23,144 nucleotides of DNA from Bacteroidota bacterium. Lineage in GTDB: Bacteria > Bacteroidota > Ignavibacteria > UBA10030 > UBA8401. Below the pieces are notes generated by a model. That model was given only the letters and a program-made list of their open reading frames with translations. It was not told the DNA's origin and made no database searches. The stretch covers positions 1 through 23,144 of the forward strand of contig JBMOHT010000049.1 in the NCBI GenBank assembly GCA_049317705.1, written 5' to 3'. This document shows, piece after piece, positions 1 through 10,100 of the stretch. The position numbers and the translations under genes are program-made. Numbering within the stretch: position 1 is the stretch's first letter; each line of letters begins with the position of its first letter.

Positions 1-53
1 CTGATGACCTGCTGATTACAAATCAGCTGCTCTACCAACTGAGCTATGCCAGC
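1..53 (-). tRNA. tRNA-Thr (anticodon TGT), 3' part truncated by the window edge
   Basis: Reverse complement of 1-53 reads GCTGGCATAGCTCAGTTGGTAGAGCAGCTGATTTGTAATCAGCAGGTCATCAG: acceptor 5' strand, D-arm (AGCTCAGTTGGTAGAGC), anticodon stem CTGAT/ATCAG with loop containing TGT. Confidence 0.93.
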
Positions 54-194
54 ATTTATTCAAAGAATCAATGCTCTTTTGAGAAACACCGGAATCCCGA
101 TGTTTCTCGAAAAGGCATTGTGACGGAGTTAACAAATATATACTTTTTTACAAGAAAGTCAACAAGATATGCGTTAAAAAATACTAACCTAGGA

Positions 195-1976
195 CTAGTA
201 TTTTATGGGGATTTCTGAGGCTTTTTTGAGGTAAAACTGAGCAGGGATGCTCTTTCCGTGAACTTCTTCATACTGCGCTCTCAATAAAAGGGCATTTCTT
301 GTCAGCATCGTGATCTGGCGGGAATAGGAATCCGTCCCGCTAAAATTACGGAATTGAATTTCGGGATCTGATATCGGATGATACAGAGTGTCCGTGGAAA
401 GCCGAAGTACGAGTCCTTCAGGAATACGGATAAATCCTGCGGTGTATTGTGTCTCGATTTCGGGAGTGATGAATATGGTGCGGTCCGGATTTTTCTGAAT
501 GAAGCTGTTCAACAGCTGCGTATAACGGCTTTCAATAACTGTAAAATCGTATGGAAGATCATGCTCGAATTTGTATAGTTCTACCAAGAATAGTTGTATC
601 TCCTTCTGTGACCTACGGGACAAATCAGGATGCATCTTTTCCAACTGAGCGAAATACCATGAACGGCGGAGCAGTTCCTTATCGATCACTGTCACATCCG
701 GACGAAGTCCGTTCACATACTGATAATAGTAGGAAGCCGCGACAAAGTAATCCCACTGGTAGGAAATAACGATCGCATCGGGGGGAAGGTTCAGGAGGAT
801 GTTCTTAGTATAATCCTCTACGAGGTAGTTAGTGCTTTGATCCACTTCTCCCTTGTTAATATAGAGCTGCGCTCCGGCAATAATCAACAATACGGATGCC
901 GTAATTCCACGTGCCACTCCCCCGTCAAACCGATCAAGCAGTAGACGGATGCCAAAGGACGCAAAGAACCCAATGGAGATAAATGCGAGAAGAAAATACG
1001 AGTCGATATCATGGATATCATAATTGACAGAGTAGGCTACGCATGTTACCAGCAACAATGATATAAAAACAAATTTCCTCCGTTCGTTGAAGAGCAAAAC
1101 GACAGCACCGATGCCGGCAAGAATGAGAACGGGAAAGAAGAATTCATTCGTCAGGTTATTAAAAAAATAATTGAGCTGACGCTGTGCCGCCTCCGTTGAG
1201 GAGAACATGAAAATGCGAAATTGCTTTCCTGTGAAGTGCCACCAGAACCGTTCCGCTGTCTGTGGATTTCCCCAGTTGAGCAAGGGCTGCTGCAAAGCGC
1301 GGACCGGCAGATAGAGATACAGTGAAAGTCCTGCGATGAAAGGCGCGGCAAGTATCCCGATCTTTTTAAAGGACGCTCTATTAAAACCATGATCTGCAAA
1401 GAACCAATAAAGCATCGCCGGTGCAAGAAGGATGGTTGTGAGATGATTCGTGAATGACAGTCCGACCATGAATGCGAACAACAGCCAGTGATTATAGGAA
1501 CGGAACTTCAATGCGTTCACGAAGAGTAAGAGATCGGTCATGATCAGAAGCAGGTGCAGAGAATAGACCTCAATGGCTAGCCCCTGGAACCAAAATGTCC
1601 TAGAAAAGCCTATAAACATTGATGAAATTGAGGCGGCGGCCAAGGCACTCCACTTGTTCCCCTTCGTTCCATCATCTATTATAGAGATGACCGTGAAGAA
1701 AAAAATTACAACGGAAATGGAAGTGGCAAAAGCAGCAAAGATATTCAGGCGGACGATCATCGCCTGAGCGACGGGAAGTGAGGACCATATCTTCGTGATG
1801 AGGGTAAAGAGCGGATATCCCGTGGGATGAGCGATACCGAGTGAGACGGCAACGGTAGATAATTCTCCGCTGTCGATGAATCCTATCGTCGGCGCCATGG
1901 TGAGGCAATAGACAGAAAAAACGGCAAGCCCGATGAGTGATGCTGTTAAGTATTTTATGGTGTTATAAGAGAACAT
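195..1976 (-). CDS. DUF2723-type multi-pass membrane protein (TMEM260 / protein O-mannosyltransferase-like)
   Basis: N-terminus MAPTIGFIDSGELSTVAVSLGIAHPTGYPLFTLI matches the DUF2723 signature; many hydrophobic segments. Confidence 0.85.
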   Translation of the reverse strand: MFSYNTIKYLTASLIGLAVFSVYCLTMAPTIGFIDSGELSTVAVSLGIAHPTGYPLFTLITKIWSSLPVAQAMIVRLNIFAAFATSISVVIFFFTVISIIDDGTKGNKWSALAAASISSMFIGFSRTFWFQGLAIEVYSLHLLLIMTDLLLFVNALKFRSYNHWLLFAFMVGLSFTNHLTTILLAPAMLYWFFADHGFNRASFKKIGILAAPFIAGLSLYLYLPVRALQQPLLNWGNPQTAERFWWHFTGKQFRIFMFSSTEAAQRQLNYFFNNLTNEFFFPVLILAGIGAVVLLFNERRKFVFISLLLVTCVAYSVNYDIHDIDSYFLLAFISIGFFASFGIRLLLDRFDGGVARGITASVLLIIAGAQLYINKGEVDQSTNYLVEDYTKNILLNLPPDAIVISYQWDYFVAASYYYQYVNGLRPDVTVIDKELLRRSWYFAQLEKMHPDLSRRSQKEIQLFLVELYKFEHDLPYDFTVIESRYTQLLNSFIQKNPDRTIFITPEIETQYTAGFIRIPEGLVLRLSTDTLYHPISDPEIQFRNFSGTDSYSRQITMLTRNALLLRAQYEEVHGKSIPAQFYLKKASEIPIKY

Positions 1977-2066
1977 TCGATGACGAATTTATTCGAAGTC
2001 ATTTCAAAAACAGAATATATTTTTTATCCAAGTGTCATTCCTGAATAATTTTGGCGGGAATCCATA

Positions 2067-2310
2067 CTACCGGACCCCCGGTAGGAGCATTTTCCGTCAC
2101 AAAGTGATGGCTTCGCCAAAGGATCGAGGCTGTGTCAAAAGCCGAATTTTTTCCAAGTCATTCTGAACGAAGTGAAGAATCTGGAACGAAGTGAAGAATC
2201 TGGAACGAAAGCAGACACTTCGCTGCCTGCCCGACTGATGTCGGTCAGGCGGGCGCTCAGTGTGGCATAATTAGAGTTTTGACACAGTCTCGATCCCTTC
2301 GGGACGGGGT
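2067..2310. repeat. Fold-back intergenic element with 20-bp inverted termini and a 19-bp tandem repeat
   Basis: 2121-2140 GGATCGAGGCTGTGTCAAAA pairs with 2277-2296 (reverse complement GGATCGAGACTGTGTCAAAA, 19/20). Tandem unit GAACGAAGTGAAGAATCTG at 2165-2183 and 2184-2202 plus a partial copy. Outer hairpin CTACCGG/CCGGTAG at 2067-2084. Confidence 0.8.
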
Positions 2311-2439
2311 GACAACGATATTTTAAGATAGTGTTTAAAAAAATTAATGCCGCGCTTCACAAGGAAAATACGAAGATTCCGTGAATTACGGCAATAGAAT
2401 TCTTATGAAGGTCTTTCTCTGTGCGCGAAGCTCAGACCA

Positions 2440-3006
2440 TTATGAACGCACATCTGCATCGATCTGAAGATCGTTCTTCATTGTTACCAGCAGCTCTTTC
2501 AGATCGGAGAGCATTAGCGCTGTCTTCTTTTCCGTTGAAACTGACGATGGTAAATGACTGCACAGAGTGTCGAACTTTCTGACCGCTTCCAACATTTTTG
2601 TTTTATCAAGGACAATCTGTTTGCCGGATCTGCAGCTTCGGATACCATTATAGATCCTGGCAAACAGCTCATCCGAAGAGAACGGCTTGATCACATAATC
2701 ATTCGCACCGGCATTGAAGGCTTCGACGATATTTTCCGTCATGATCCTGCCGGAAAGCATAATAACATAGAGGTTGATATCCATTTTCTTCTTGCGGATT
2801 GTCGCGAGAACCTCTATCCCGGAAATATTCGGCAGTTCCCAATCCAACAGCATGATATCCGGATGGAACGAACCGAGCAATGCCAATCCCTGCTCGGCAT
2901 TGGCTGCAGCTTTTACATCAAAACCATTTTCCGTCAATATCATCTTTATCTGTTCGAGATAGAACTGGTCGTCATCAATTACTAAAATTCGATTTTTTAT
3001 ATCCAT
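2440..3006 (-). CDS. Response regulator receiver-domain protein
   Basis: REC motifs: LVIDDDQ, IMLLDWELPNISG, VIMLSG, GANDYVIKPF; 188 aa with a short C-terminal extension and no obvious output domain. Confidence 0.9.
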   Translation of the reverse strand: MDIKNRILVIDDDQFYLEQIKMILTENGFDVKAAANAEQGLALLGSFHPDIMLLDWELPNISGIEVLATIRKKKMDINLYVIMLSGRIMTENIVEAFNAGANDYVIKPFSSDELFARIYNGIRSCRSGKQIVLDKTKMLEAVRKFDTLCSHLPSSVSTEKKTALMLSDLKELLVTMKNDLQIDADVRS

Positions 3007-3058
3007 ATTATTACTTCATCCTTTCTATATCAGATATTTCCCTGCCCTGAATTATCAT

Positions 3059-3207
3059 TAGAGCGCATCTCAAAAATGGTTATACATTGTCATGCCGAGC
3101 GCCCGCCTGACCGCATGGCGGGCAGGTAGTCGAGGCATGATTCACGTGAATTGTCACACTTCGACTCCGCTCAGTGTGACAATATTTCGTTTTTGAGATG
3201 CGCTCTA
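3059..3207. repeat. Fold-back element A with perfect 18-bp inverted termini
   Basis: TAGAGCGCATCTCAAAAA (3059-3076) is the exact reverse complement of TTTTTGAGATGCGCTCTA (3190-3207). Internal stems GCCCGCC/GGCGGGC (3101-3123) and ATTGTCACAC/GTGTGACAAT (3150-3183). Confidence 0.85.
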
Positions 3208-3383
3208 GTGCTGTTTCTCAAAAGTAATATTGTATTTGATCATCCTTCGGCGCGCGCCGCACCATGGTCATCCTGAGCAAGGCTCGAATTTCTTGATGGC
3301 CGCGTCGAAGGACCTCAAAATGTGCGGCGCTTGCTCAGGATGAACAATATTTTTACAAGATAATTTATGAGAAGTGGCACTAG
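3205..3383. repeat. Fold-back element B abutting element A, imperfect terminal inverted repeats
   Basis: CTAGTGCTGTTTCTC (3205-3219) vs reverse complement of 3369-3383 (CTAGTGCCACTTCTC), 12/15; internal perfect 13-bp arms TCATCCTGAGCAA (3268-3280) / TTGCTCAGGATGA (3331-3343). Confidence 0.7.
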
Positions 3384-3390
3384 TAATATT

Positions 3391-4770
3391 TCAGGATCCT
3401 TCTTTCATTCCATTCAATATCTTGTGAAGCCCCTGTCTTGTGATACCGGCCTTCTCCGCGGCTTTCGATATATTTCCGTTCGTTGATTTCAACAGAGTGC
3501 CGAAATACCGTTTCTTGAATTTCATATCCGCCTGCTTGTATGTGAGGACACCGTTGTTTCCGTTCTCATCTTCGGCCGCTTCGTGCACGCGGTCGAAGAA
3601 CGAACTGTTGCGGAGCGGGAACAGATCTTTCGTCAGTGTATTGTCGCGGGTATACGCCATAGCATTCTTCACGGCATTCTCCAGTTCACGGACATTCCCG
3701 GGCCAGGAATATTCTTCGAGATATTCCTGCACATCCTTCGGGATGACCATCTCGGCGTTGATCGGTGAACCGTACAGTTTCAGAAAATACTTCACGAGCG
3801 GAATAATGTCATTCTTCCTGGTACGCAGCGGAGGGACATTGAGCATGACACCGGAGATGCGGTAATAGAAATCCTCGCGCATTCTCCCCTTCACCACGAC
3901 ATCCTTCAAATCCTCGTTGGTCGCCATGATTATTCGAAGATCCACTTTGATCTCGGGCTTGCGGGGATCGTAACCGACACGGGAGAAACTTTTATACTGC
4001 ATAAAATGAAGCAGTTTCAGTTGAACTGATTCGGTGAGCGAGGATACCTCGGGGATATATATGGTCCCCCCATTCGCCGCTTCGAATTTACCTATTTTCA
4101 TCGTTTCCGCACCGGAATATGCCCCTTTTTCATGACCGAACAATTCTGATTCGATCAATTGTTCATTGAGACTTCGCAGGGAAATGGGAATGAACGGTTT
4201 GTCGGGATTCTGACTGCGACGGTGGATCTCGAACGCAATCCTATCCTTACCGACACCGGTCTCACCATTGATGAGCACATCGAACGGAACCCCGGCGAGG
4301 CGGTCGATCTCCTGTTGAATGGACTGCATCTTTTCGGAAACAACGATGAAGGTGTTCTGTTTGTCGTTGAATGTATCCTGCAGGAGATTCACATGCAGTT
4401 CAAGATCGCGGTGTTCCAGCGCTTTGTTGATCTTTGTGGCAAGATATTCCACGGTGAAATCTTTCTGGACAAAATCGTATGCGCCGTATTTGATGGTCTC
4501 TACGACATTGTTCAGATCGCCGTAATCCGTAACGATGATGACCGGCACATATTTATCGATCTCTTTCTTGATCACTTTCAGCACTTCCAATCCGTTGATA
4601 TCAGGAAGATCCAGGTCGAGAAGAATGACATCGACATGATCGGTCCTGAGCACTTCCAGAGCGCGCTTTCCGTTGTGAGCTTTAACGATAGTGTATCGTC
4701 CTTCCAGGAGCGATTCGACATCGTTCGTAAATGAGATATTGTCGTCGACGAGCAGAAGTTTTTTCTTCAT
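3391..4770 (-). CDS. NtrC-family response regulator: REC + AAA+ sigma54-interaction-like domain + Fis-type HTH, with variant catalytic motifs
   Basis: REC (LLLVDDN, VILLDLDLPDINGL, PVIIVTD, AYDFVQKDF); Walker A GETGVGKD; GAYSGA at the GAFTGA position; REDFYYRISG...PPLRTRKNDI; SWPGNVRELENAV; C-terminal NISKAAEKAGITRQGLHKIL. Confidence 0.92.
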   Translation of the reverse strand: MKKKLLLVDDNISFTNDVESLLEGRYTIVKAHNGKRALEVLRTDHVDVILLDLDLPDINGLEVLKVIKKEIDKYVPVIIVTDYGDLNNVVETIKYGAYDFVQKDFTVEYLATKINKALEHRDLELHVNLLQDTFNDKQNTFIVVSEKMQSIQQEIDRLAGVPFDVLINGETGVGKDRIAFEIHRRSQNPDKPFIPISLRSLNEQLIESELFGHEKGAYSGAETMKIGKFEAANGGTIYIPEVSSLTESVQLKLLHFMQYKSFSRVGYDPRKPEIKVDLRIIMATNEDLKDVVVKGRMREDFYYRISGVMLNVPPLRTRKNDIIPLVKYFLKLYGSPINAEMVIPKDVQEYLEEYSWPGNVRELENAVKNAMAYTRDNTLTKDLFPLRNSSFFDRVHEAAEDENGNNGVLTYKQADMKFKKRYFGTLLKSTNGNISKAAEKAGITRQGLHKILNGMKEGS

Positions 4771-7187
4771 GGCATGAGAAGGTTAATGGTAAAAATTGTG
4801 CCGGTCGGTTCGTTTTCCGTAAAGGAGATACGGCCGCCGTACTCTTTGATAATATTCTGTGTATAGTACAACCCGAATCCGTGTCCTGTATTCTTTGATG
4901 ACGTACCGAACGAAAAGATCTCGTTCTTCACGTGGTGGGCGATGCCGGGACCGTTGTCCAGGATCTTGATGTATGCATATTCACCCTGCACGGAGATGAT
5001 GATATCGATGGATGGACCCTCCTGACGATCGGAACTCAGCGAGAAGGCCTCGATGGCATTCTTCAGAATGATCATCATAACTTCGGACAATTCGGACCGG
5101 CGAATGATGCCGAGGATCTGCATTTCGGTCGGATGGACCGTGATCCTGTATTCACCGGAATCGGAACGGATGGAATGGACAACATCCAGGACCGTCTGGT
5201 TCACATCGCATGTATAGTTCTGTTTGATGCTCTTGTTGAGCTTGACGATGGAGGATTTCAGTTCTTTGAGATTATGATAGAATAATTCGATCGATTCACG
5301 CTGGAACGGTCCGGACGACCTCTTCTTCCCTCCCGTTCGGGAAAGGATCATCTTCAGATAGTCATAATTGAATTTATTCAATTTGAGAATGTTCTCCGTA
5401 GTCTTTTGGAACGAATTATCCTTGAACTCACGAAGCGACAATTCCGACAGGAGCTGGGAGTACATCACCAGAGTATTCAGTTCCGGATAGACCCTGGTGA
5501 GGTATTCATTGATGACGATGGTGATCCTACGGACTATATTATTCTCGCCCGCATCACCATTCTCCAAAGATGAAAGCATGGAGAACTGTTCCGCATTTCG
5601 GGAGAATAGGAGCAGCCTATTGATGATCATCAGCAGACTTTCGCCATGACGGTACATTCGGAGTTTCATGAAGATCTTTTGGAACAGTTCGTTCTGTTTG
5701 ACGGTCTCGGGTTGGTGTCCTTCCTTCTGCGATGTGACTTTTGCAATAACGGAGACGGCGATAACCTTATTCGATTCGTTACAGATGGGGGTCCACTGCA
5801 TTGCGAACAGAACATCATCGCCATGAATGGAGAATGATTCGGCCGACATGACGGTCTGATTCGATTCGATGACATTCCGGATGTTCGATGAGAAGATATC
5901 TTTCAGGCCGTCGTCGGACGGTTTCTTTCCGATGACCGATAACGGGAACGGAGCATATTTTGTCGAGGGCTTATAATAGACAATCCGTCCGTCGGTATCG
6001 TGGATCCACAGTACATCATCGATCGCATCGGTGAGCTGTTTAAAGATATCATACCGCTCCATCAGCGCTTTCTCATGCTCCTTTTCCGTAGTGACATCCA
6101 TAATAAAGAAGAGGATGCAGGGCATTTCATGCACTTCGATCGTTTCATACTGCAGCATACCAAAGCGTACCTCACCATTCTTGGTGACATATTCGATCTC
6201 AACAGAACCCATAAACTGCTTCAGCGTCAGCCGACTGGTCTGGATCCCTTCGAGCAGCTGCCAGTTGAATATCCTGGAGTGAGAGATCGGCGAACCCAAC
6301 AGTTCGTCGGGTGAATACCGAGTATTCTCGCAGAAGGCCTCATTCACATCGATGAAGCAGCCTGAATCACGGCCATAGATGCACATCATAGAAGGACTGG
6401 AGAAGAAGACCGTGGAGAATTTATTTTCGGAGAGCTTGAGTGCTTCTTCGTTCAGTTTCTTTTCGGTGATATCCCGAATGACGCAGAGCAGTTCCTCTTT
6501 GATCCGGAACGGCATGACGCGGACCTCAAAGTAGCGGGGACCGTTATCATCCGAGATACCGAACTCAAGGTATTCGATGGTCTGGTTCTGCAGCACGGAT
6601 TCCATCCGCCGGTTCATTTCATCGCGGCTCGTTTCCGGAAACATGGTCAGGATATTCCGGTGAGCAGTTTGTAACGAAGAGAACATGAGCAGAGTCCGGT
6701 TATTCCCGTACTGTTCCACAATATCGCCAAGCTTAGTGATACGAAAGAACATATCCGGAAGTGTTTCGAACAGTGAATTCAGTTCTCCTACGGTATTATG
6801 CAGCTGCTGTTCAAGTTCGTATCGCCTTAAACGTGCATTCAGCGACAGCATCAGTTCCTGTTCGGTAAACGGTTTTTGGATGATATCATCCGCGCCAAGA
6901 TGCATCCCTTTGCGCTGAAGGTCCCGGTCCGTCAGACTGGTCATCATCACGATGGGGATCTCGTTGAACTCTTCCCGTGAACGGAGGAACTCGATGACAC
7001 TGTACCCGTCGCCGCGGTCCATCACGATGTCGCACAGGATAATGGCGGGAGGCTGCTGTTGGATCATCTGCACAGCAGTGTAACCGTCATGCGCCGTGCG
7101 GATATCAAACGTATCCTCCAGAACCGCAGATACAATACTGCAGATGGTCTCATCATCATCGACAAGAAGGAGGTCCTTCATTTTCAT
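4767..7187 (-). CDS. REC - three PAS - HATPase_c sensor protein with degenerate H-box
   Basis: N-terminal REC (LLLVDDDE, IILCDIVMDRGDG, IVMMTS, GADDIIQKPF), PAS-like blocks, and C-terminal N-box NAIEA, G1 DNGPGI, G2 GHGFGL. The expected H-box position reads RVYPELNTLVMYSQLL. Confidence 0.88.
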   Translation of the reverse strand: MKMKDLLLVDDDETICSIVSAVLEDTFDIRTAHDGYTAVQMIQQQPPAIILCDIVMDRGDGYSVIEFLRSREEFNEIPIVMMTSLTDRDLQRKGMHLGADDIIQKPFTEQELMLSLNARLRRYELEQQLHNTVGELNSLFETLPDMFFRITKLGDIVEQYGNNRTLLMFSSLQTAHRNILTMFPETSRDEMNRRMESVLQNQTIEYLEFGISDDNGPRYFEVRVMPFRIKEELLCVIRDITEKKLNEEALKLSENKFSTVFFSSPSMMCIYGRDSGCFIDVNEAFCENTRYSPDELLGSPISHSRIFNWQLLEGIQTSRLTLKQFMGSVEIEYVTKNGEVRFGMLQYETIEVHEMPCILFFIMDVTTEKEHEKALMERYDIFKQLTDAIDDVLWIHDTDGRIVYYKPSTKYAPFPLSVIGKKPSDDGLKDIFSSNIRNVIESNQTVMSAESFSIHGDDVLFAMQWTPICNESNKVIAVSVIAKVTSQKEGHQPETVKQNELFQKIFMKLRMYRHGESLLMIINRLLLFSRNAEQFSMLSSLENGDAGENNIVRRITIVINEYLTRVYPELNTLVMYSQLLSELSLREFKDNSFQKTTENILKLNKFNYDYLKMILSRTGGKKRSSGPFQRESIELFYHNLKELKSSIVKLNKSIKQNYTCDVNQTVLDVVHSIRSDSGEYRITVHPTEMQILGIIRRSELSEVMMIILKNAIEAFSLSSDRQEGPSIDIIISVQGEYAYIKILDNGPGIAHHVKNEIFSFGTSSKNTGHGFGLYYTQNIIKEYGGRISFTENEPTGTIFTINLLMP

Positions 7188-10100
7188 GGCTGTAATAGTT
7201 GGTGCATCAGTTTGAGCAATGTATCGATCATGAATGGTTTTGTGATAAAGTTCTCCCGCGGAAGACCCAACTCATCCATCACTTTCACATTGGCATGGAT
7301 ACCGCTCATCATGATGATGTGCGGATTTTCGTTCATGGTACGGATCGCACGGACGGTCGATGGACCATCCATATGCGGCATCATCACATCGAGTATAACG
7401 ACCTTTATTTCCGACTTGTTCGAGGCATAAATGCCGAGCGCTTCCGCGCCATTCGATGCGGTAATGACCTTGTAGTGATAATCCTCCAGAGTCGCTTTGG
7501 AGATATTTCTGATCACTTCTTCGTCGTCCACCAACAGGATGGTCTCACCGTTTCCGCTCGGAAAATCTCCGCTCTTTTCGATGATACTGTTGATATTCGC
7601 GGAAGTTGTCGCCGGAAGGAATATCTGGAACGTGGTCCCCATGCCCACTTCGGATTCAAGGACGATGAATCCTTTATGCGCCTTAATGATGGCTGCGACA
7701 TTGAACAATCCGAGTCCGGTCCCTTTGCCGACCTCTTTTGTCGTGAAGAATGGATCGTAGATCTTTTTGATGATAGCGGAAGGGATACCGATACCAGAAT
7801 CTGCAACGGTGATGCGGCAGTACGGTCCGACCTTTGCGTCGATGTTGATGTGTGTCGACATCTCGTCGAGAATGACATTGTCCGCACGGATCTCCAGCCG
7901 GCCGCCAGCGGGCATCGCATCGCGGGCATTGACACAGAGATTCAGGAGCACCTGATGCATCTGTGTGGGATTGGCAAGGATGGGGAACAATTCACGCGAC
8001 GGGAAGAATTCGGCCCGAATCATCTTCGGGAATGTTTCGTTGATCAAGCGTTCCAATTCACGGATGATATGCTTCATCTGAACGACCATTGTATCCTGCT
8101 GATTCACGCGGGAGAATCCGAGGATCTGTTTAATCAGGTCGGAACCGCGGAGGATATTCGACTTGAGCATCTTATTGATCTCACGGGATTTATCATCCAT
8201 CAGGACGCGGTCAAAATACGAGAGTGATATGAGGATAGGACCGAGGATATTATTCATATCATGCGCAATACCGCTGGCAAGAGTACCGATACTTTCCAAC
8301 CGCTGGCTGTGCGATGCCTGGTCCTGCATCTGACGGCTCTTGGTGATATCCGAAATGACATAGAGGACGGATCGTGTTCCGGTGGAATCATCCGTAATAA
8401 TTGTTGCGCGGATATGGACCCAGATGTTCCCTTTGGACTTGGTCTTATGTTCCTGGTCCTGTTCCCAATTCATCCCTGACTTTATCATCTCGAAAGATTC
8501 GTTCTGACCGGAAGAAACATTAAAGAAGAAACCGCTGAGTGCTTTAGAATTCAGTTCGTCCTTCGAATATCCGTACAACTGTTCGACACTGTCGTTGGTG
8601 TATACGATCGATTCGTCAAGATCCGTCACAACGATGGCGTCACTTGCCTGATCGAGATAGAAGGACATATCTTTGATGCGTCCTTCCGCAAGCGTCAGAC
8701 GCTGCGTCGTTAACTGTTCACGTTCCTTGAGCAGCTGTTCTGCTTGTTTCTGTGTTGTGATATCCTCAAAGATATAGAAGCGTCCGAAGTATTGGCCGTG
8801 CTCTCCGACGATCTGCGTGGAGAAACGACGGATGGTGCTGTTCGATTTGAACTGTATCTCATCCTCTAAGACCGCAGTATTTGAGGGATCTTGAAGAGGG
8901 ACACACGTTTCGGCGAACGCCGCCGGATCCTCAAGAATAGGTATACAATACGGGATGATGTCATTATTCTTCATCGCACCTGTCCGCATCTTCTCTTCCA
9001 GATGAGTTATTCCCCAGAGTTCACAGAACCGGCGGTTGAAATAGAGGATACGATCGTCCCGGTTGTCCACGACAAGAAATCCGAGAGGCGAAGAAGTTGC
9101 CATCATTTGCAGCAGTGATGCATTCCATTCCAGTGCCGCTTCATTCTTCCTTCGTTCCGTGATATCCTGTTTGATGGCGATAAAATTCTCGATAAAGCCC
9201 AAGGAGTTCTTGATGGGAGAGATGATATCATATTCGATATAGATCTCGCCGTTCTTCTTCCGGTTGATCACTTCGCCCTGCCATACAATCCCTTCGGTGA
9301 TGGTCTTCCACATATCACTATAGAGTTCCGGCGACGTCTGACCGGATTTCATCACGCGCATGTTCTTTCCGAGGAGTTCCCCCTGTGAATATCCTGTGAC
9401 CTCGCTGAAGTGCGGATTGACGTACTGAATGGTGCCGTGTTGGTCCGTAATGACGATCATCGCAAAACTTTGTTCAATGGCAACGGACATTTTTTTGATC
9501 TGCTGTTCCGATTCGACGCGCTGAGTGATATCGGACAGCGTTCCGATCATCCGAAGCGGCATTCCTTTCGCATTACGTTCAACGATCTTTCCTCGGTCAA
9601 GCGTCCAAATGATCGAACTATCTTTCCGGATCATCCGGTGTTCGGACGCATAGGATTCGGTCTCGCCGTTAATATGTCTTTCTACTTTCTTCAAGGTCTC
9701 ATCCACATCCAGCGGATGGACACGATCCTTCCATTCGCTGAGATTGTCGCTCACCTCATCATTCTCAATTCCAATCATCTCCTTCCATCGCTGCGACAGG
9801 AAGAGAGTGCTCTCTTCAATATTCCAGTCATACATTCCATCGTTGCTCGCCTCGAATGCAAACTTCAGCCGCTGCTCATTCTCGTGCAAAGCCAATTCGG
9901 CCCGTTTGCGGTCGGTAATATCCCTGATGATTGAGAGGGCTTCATTATTGGACAATGCGATGAGTCTGTCCTCGAAATACCGGAGGCCGTCTGCCATGGG
10001 AAGTGAATATTCGAACAGTTCCATGGATTTTGAAATGAATGAACGTTCCATGGAGGCAATGGCCTGATCTGAAATATGCGGCGGAAGGATGTCCTTGATA

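Noticed and set aside
2165-2210. CRISPR array
   Set aside because: The 19-bp units are directly adjacent with no spacers; it is a short tandem duplication within a fold-back element.
7199-8227. 342-aa plus-strand ORF and many other plus-strand ORFs (e.g. 10421-11260, 4159-4734, 15498-15989)
   Set aside because: They lie antisense within minus-strand genes with clear domain motifs; their translations are low-complexity, His/Asp-rich shadows with no recognisable family motifs.
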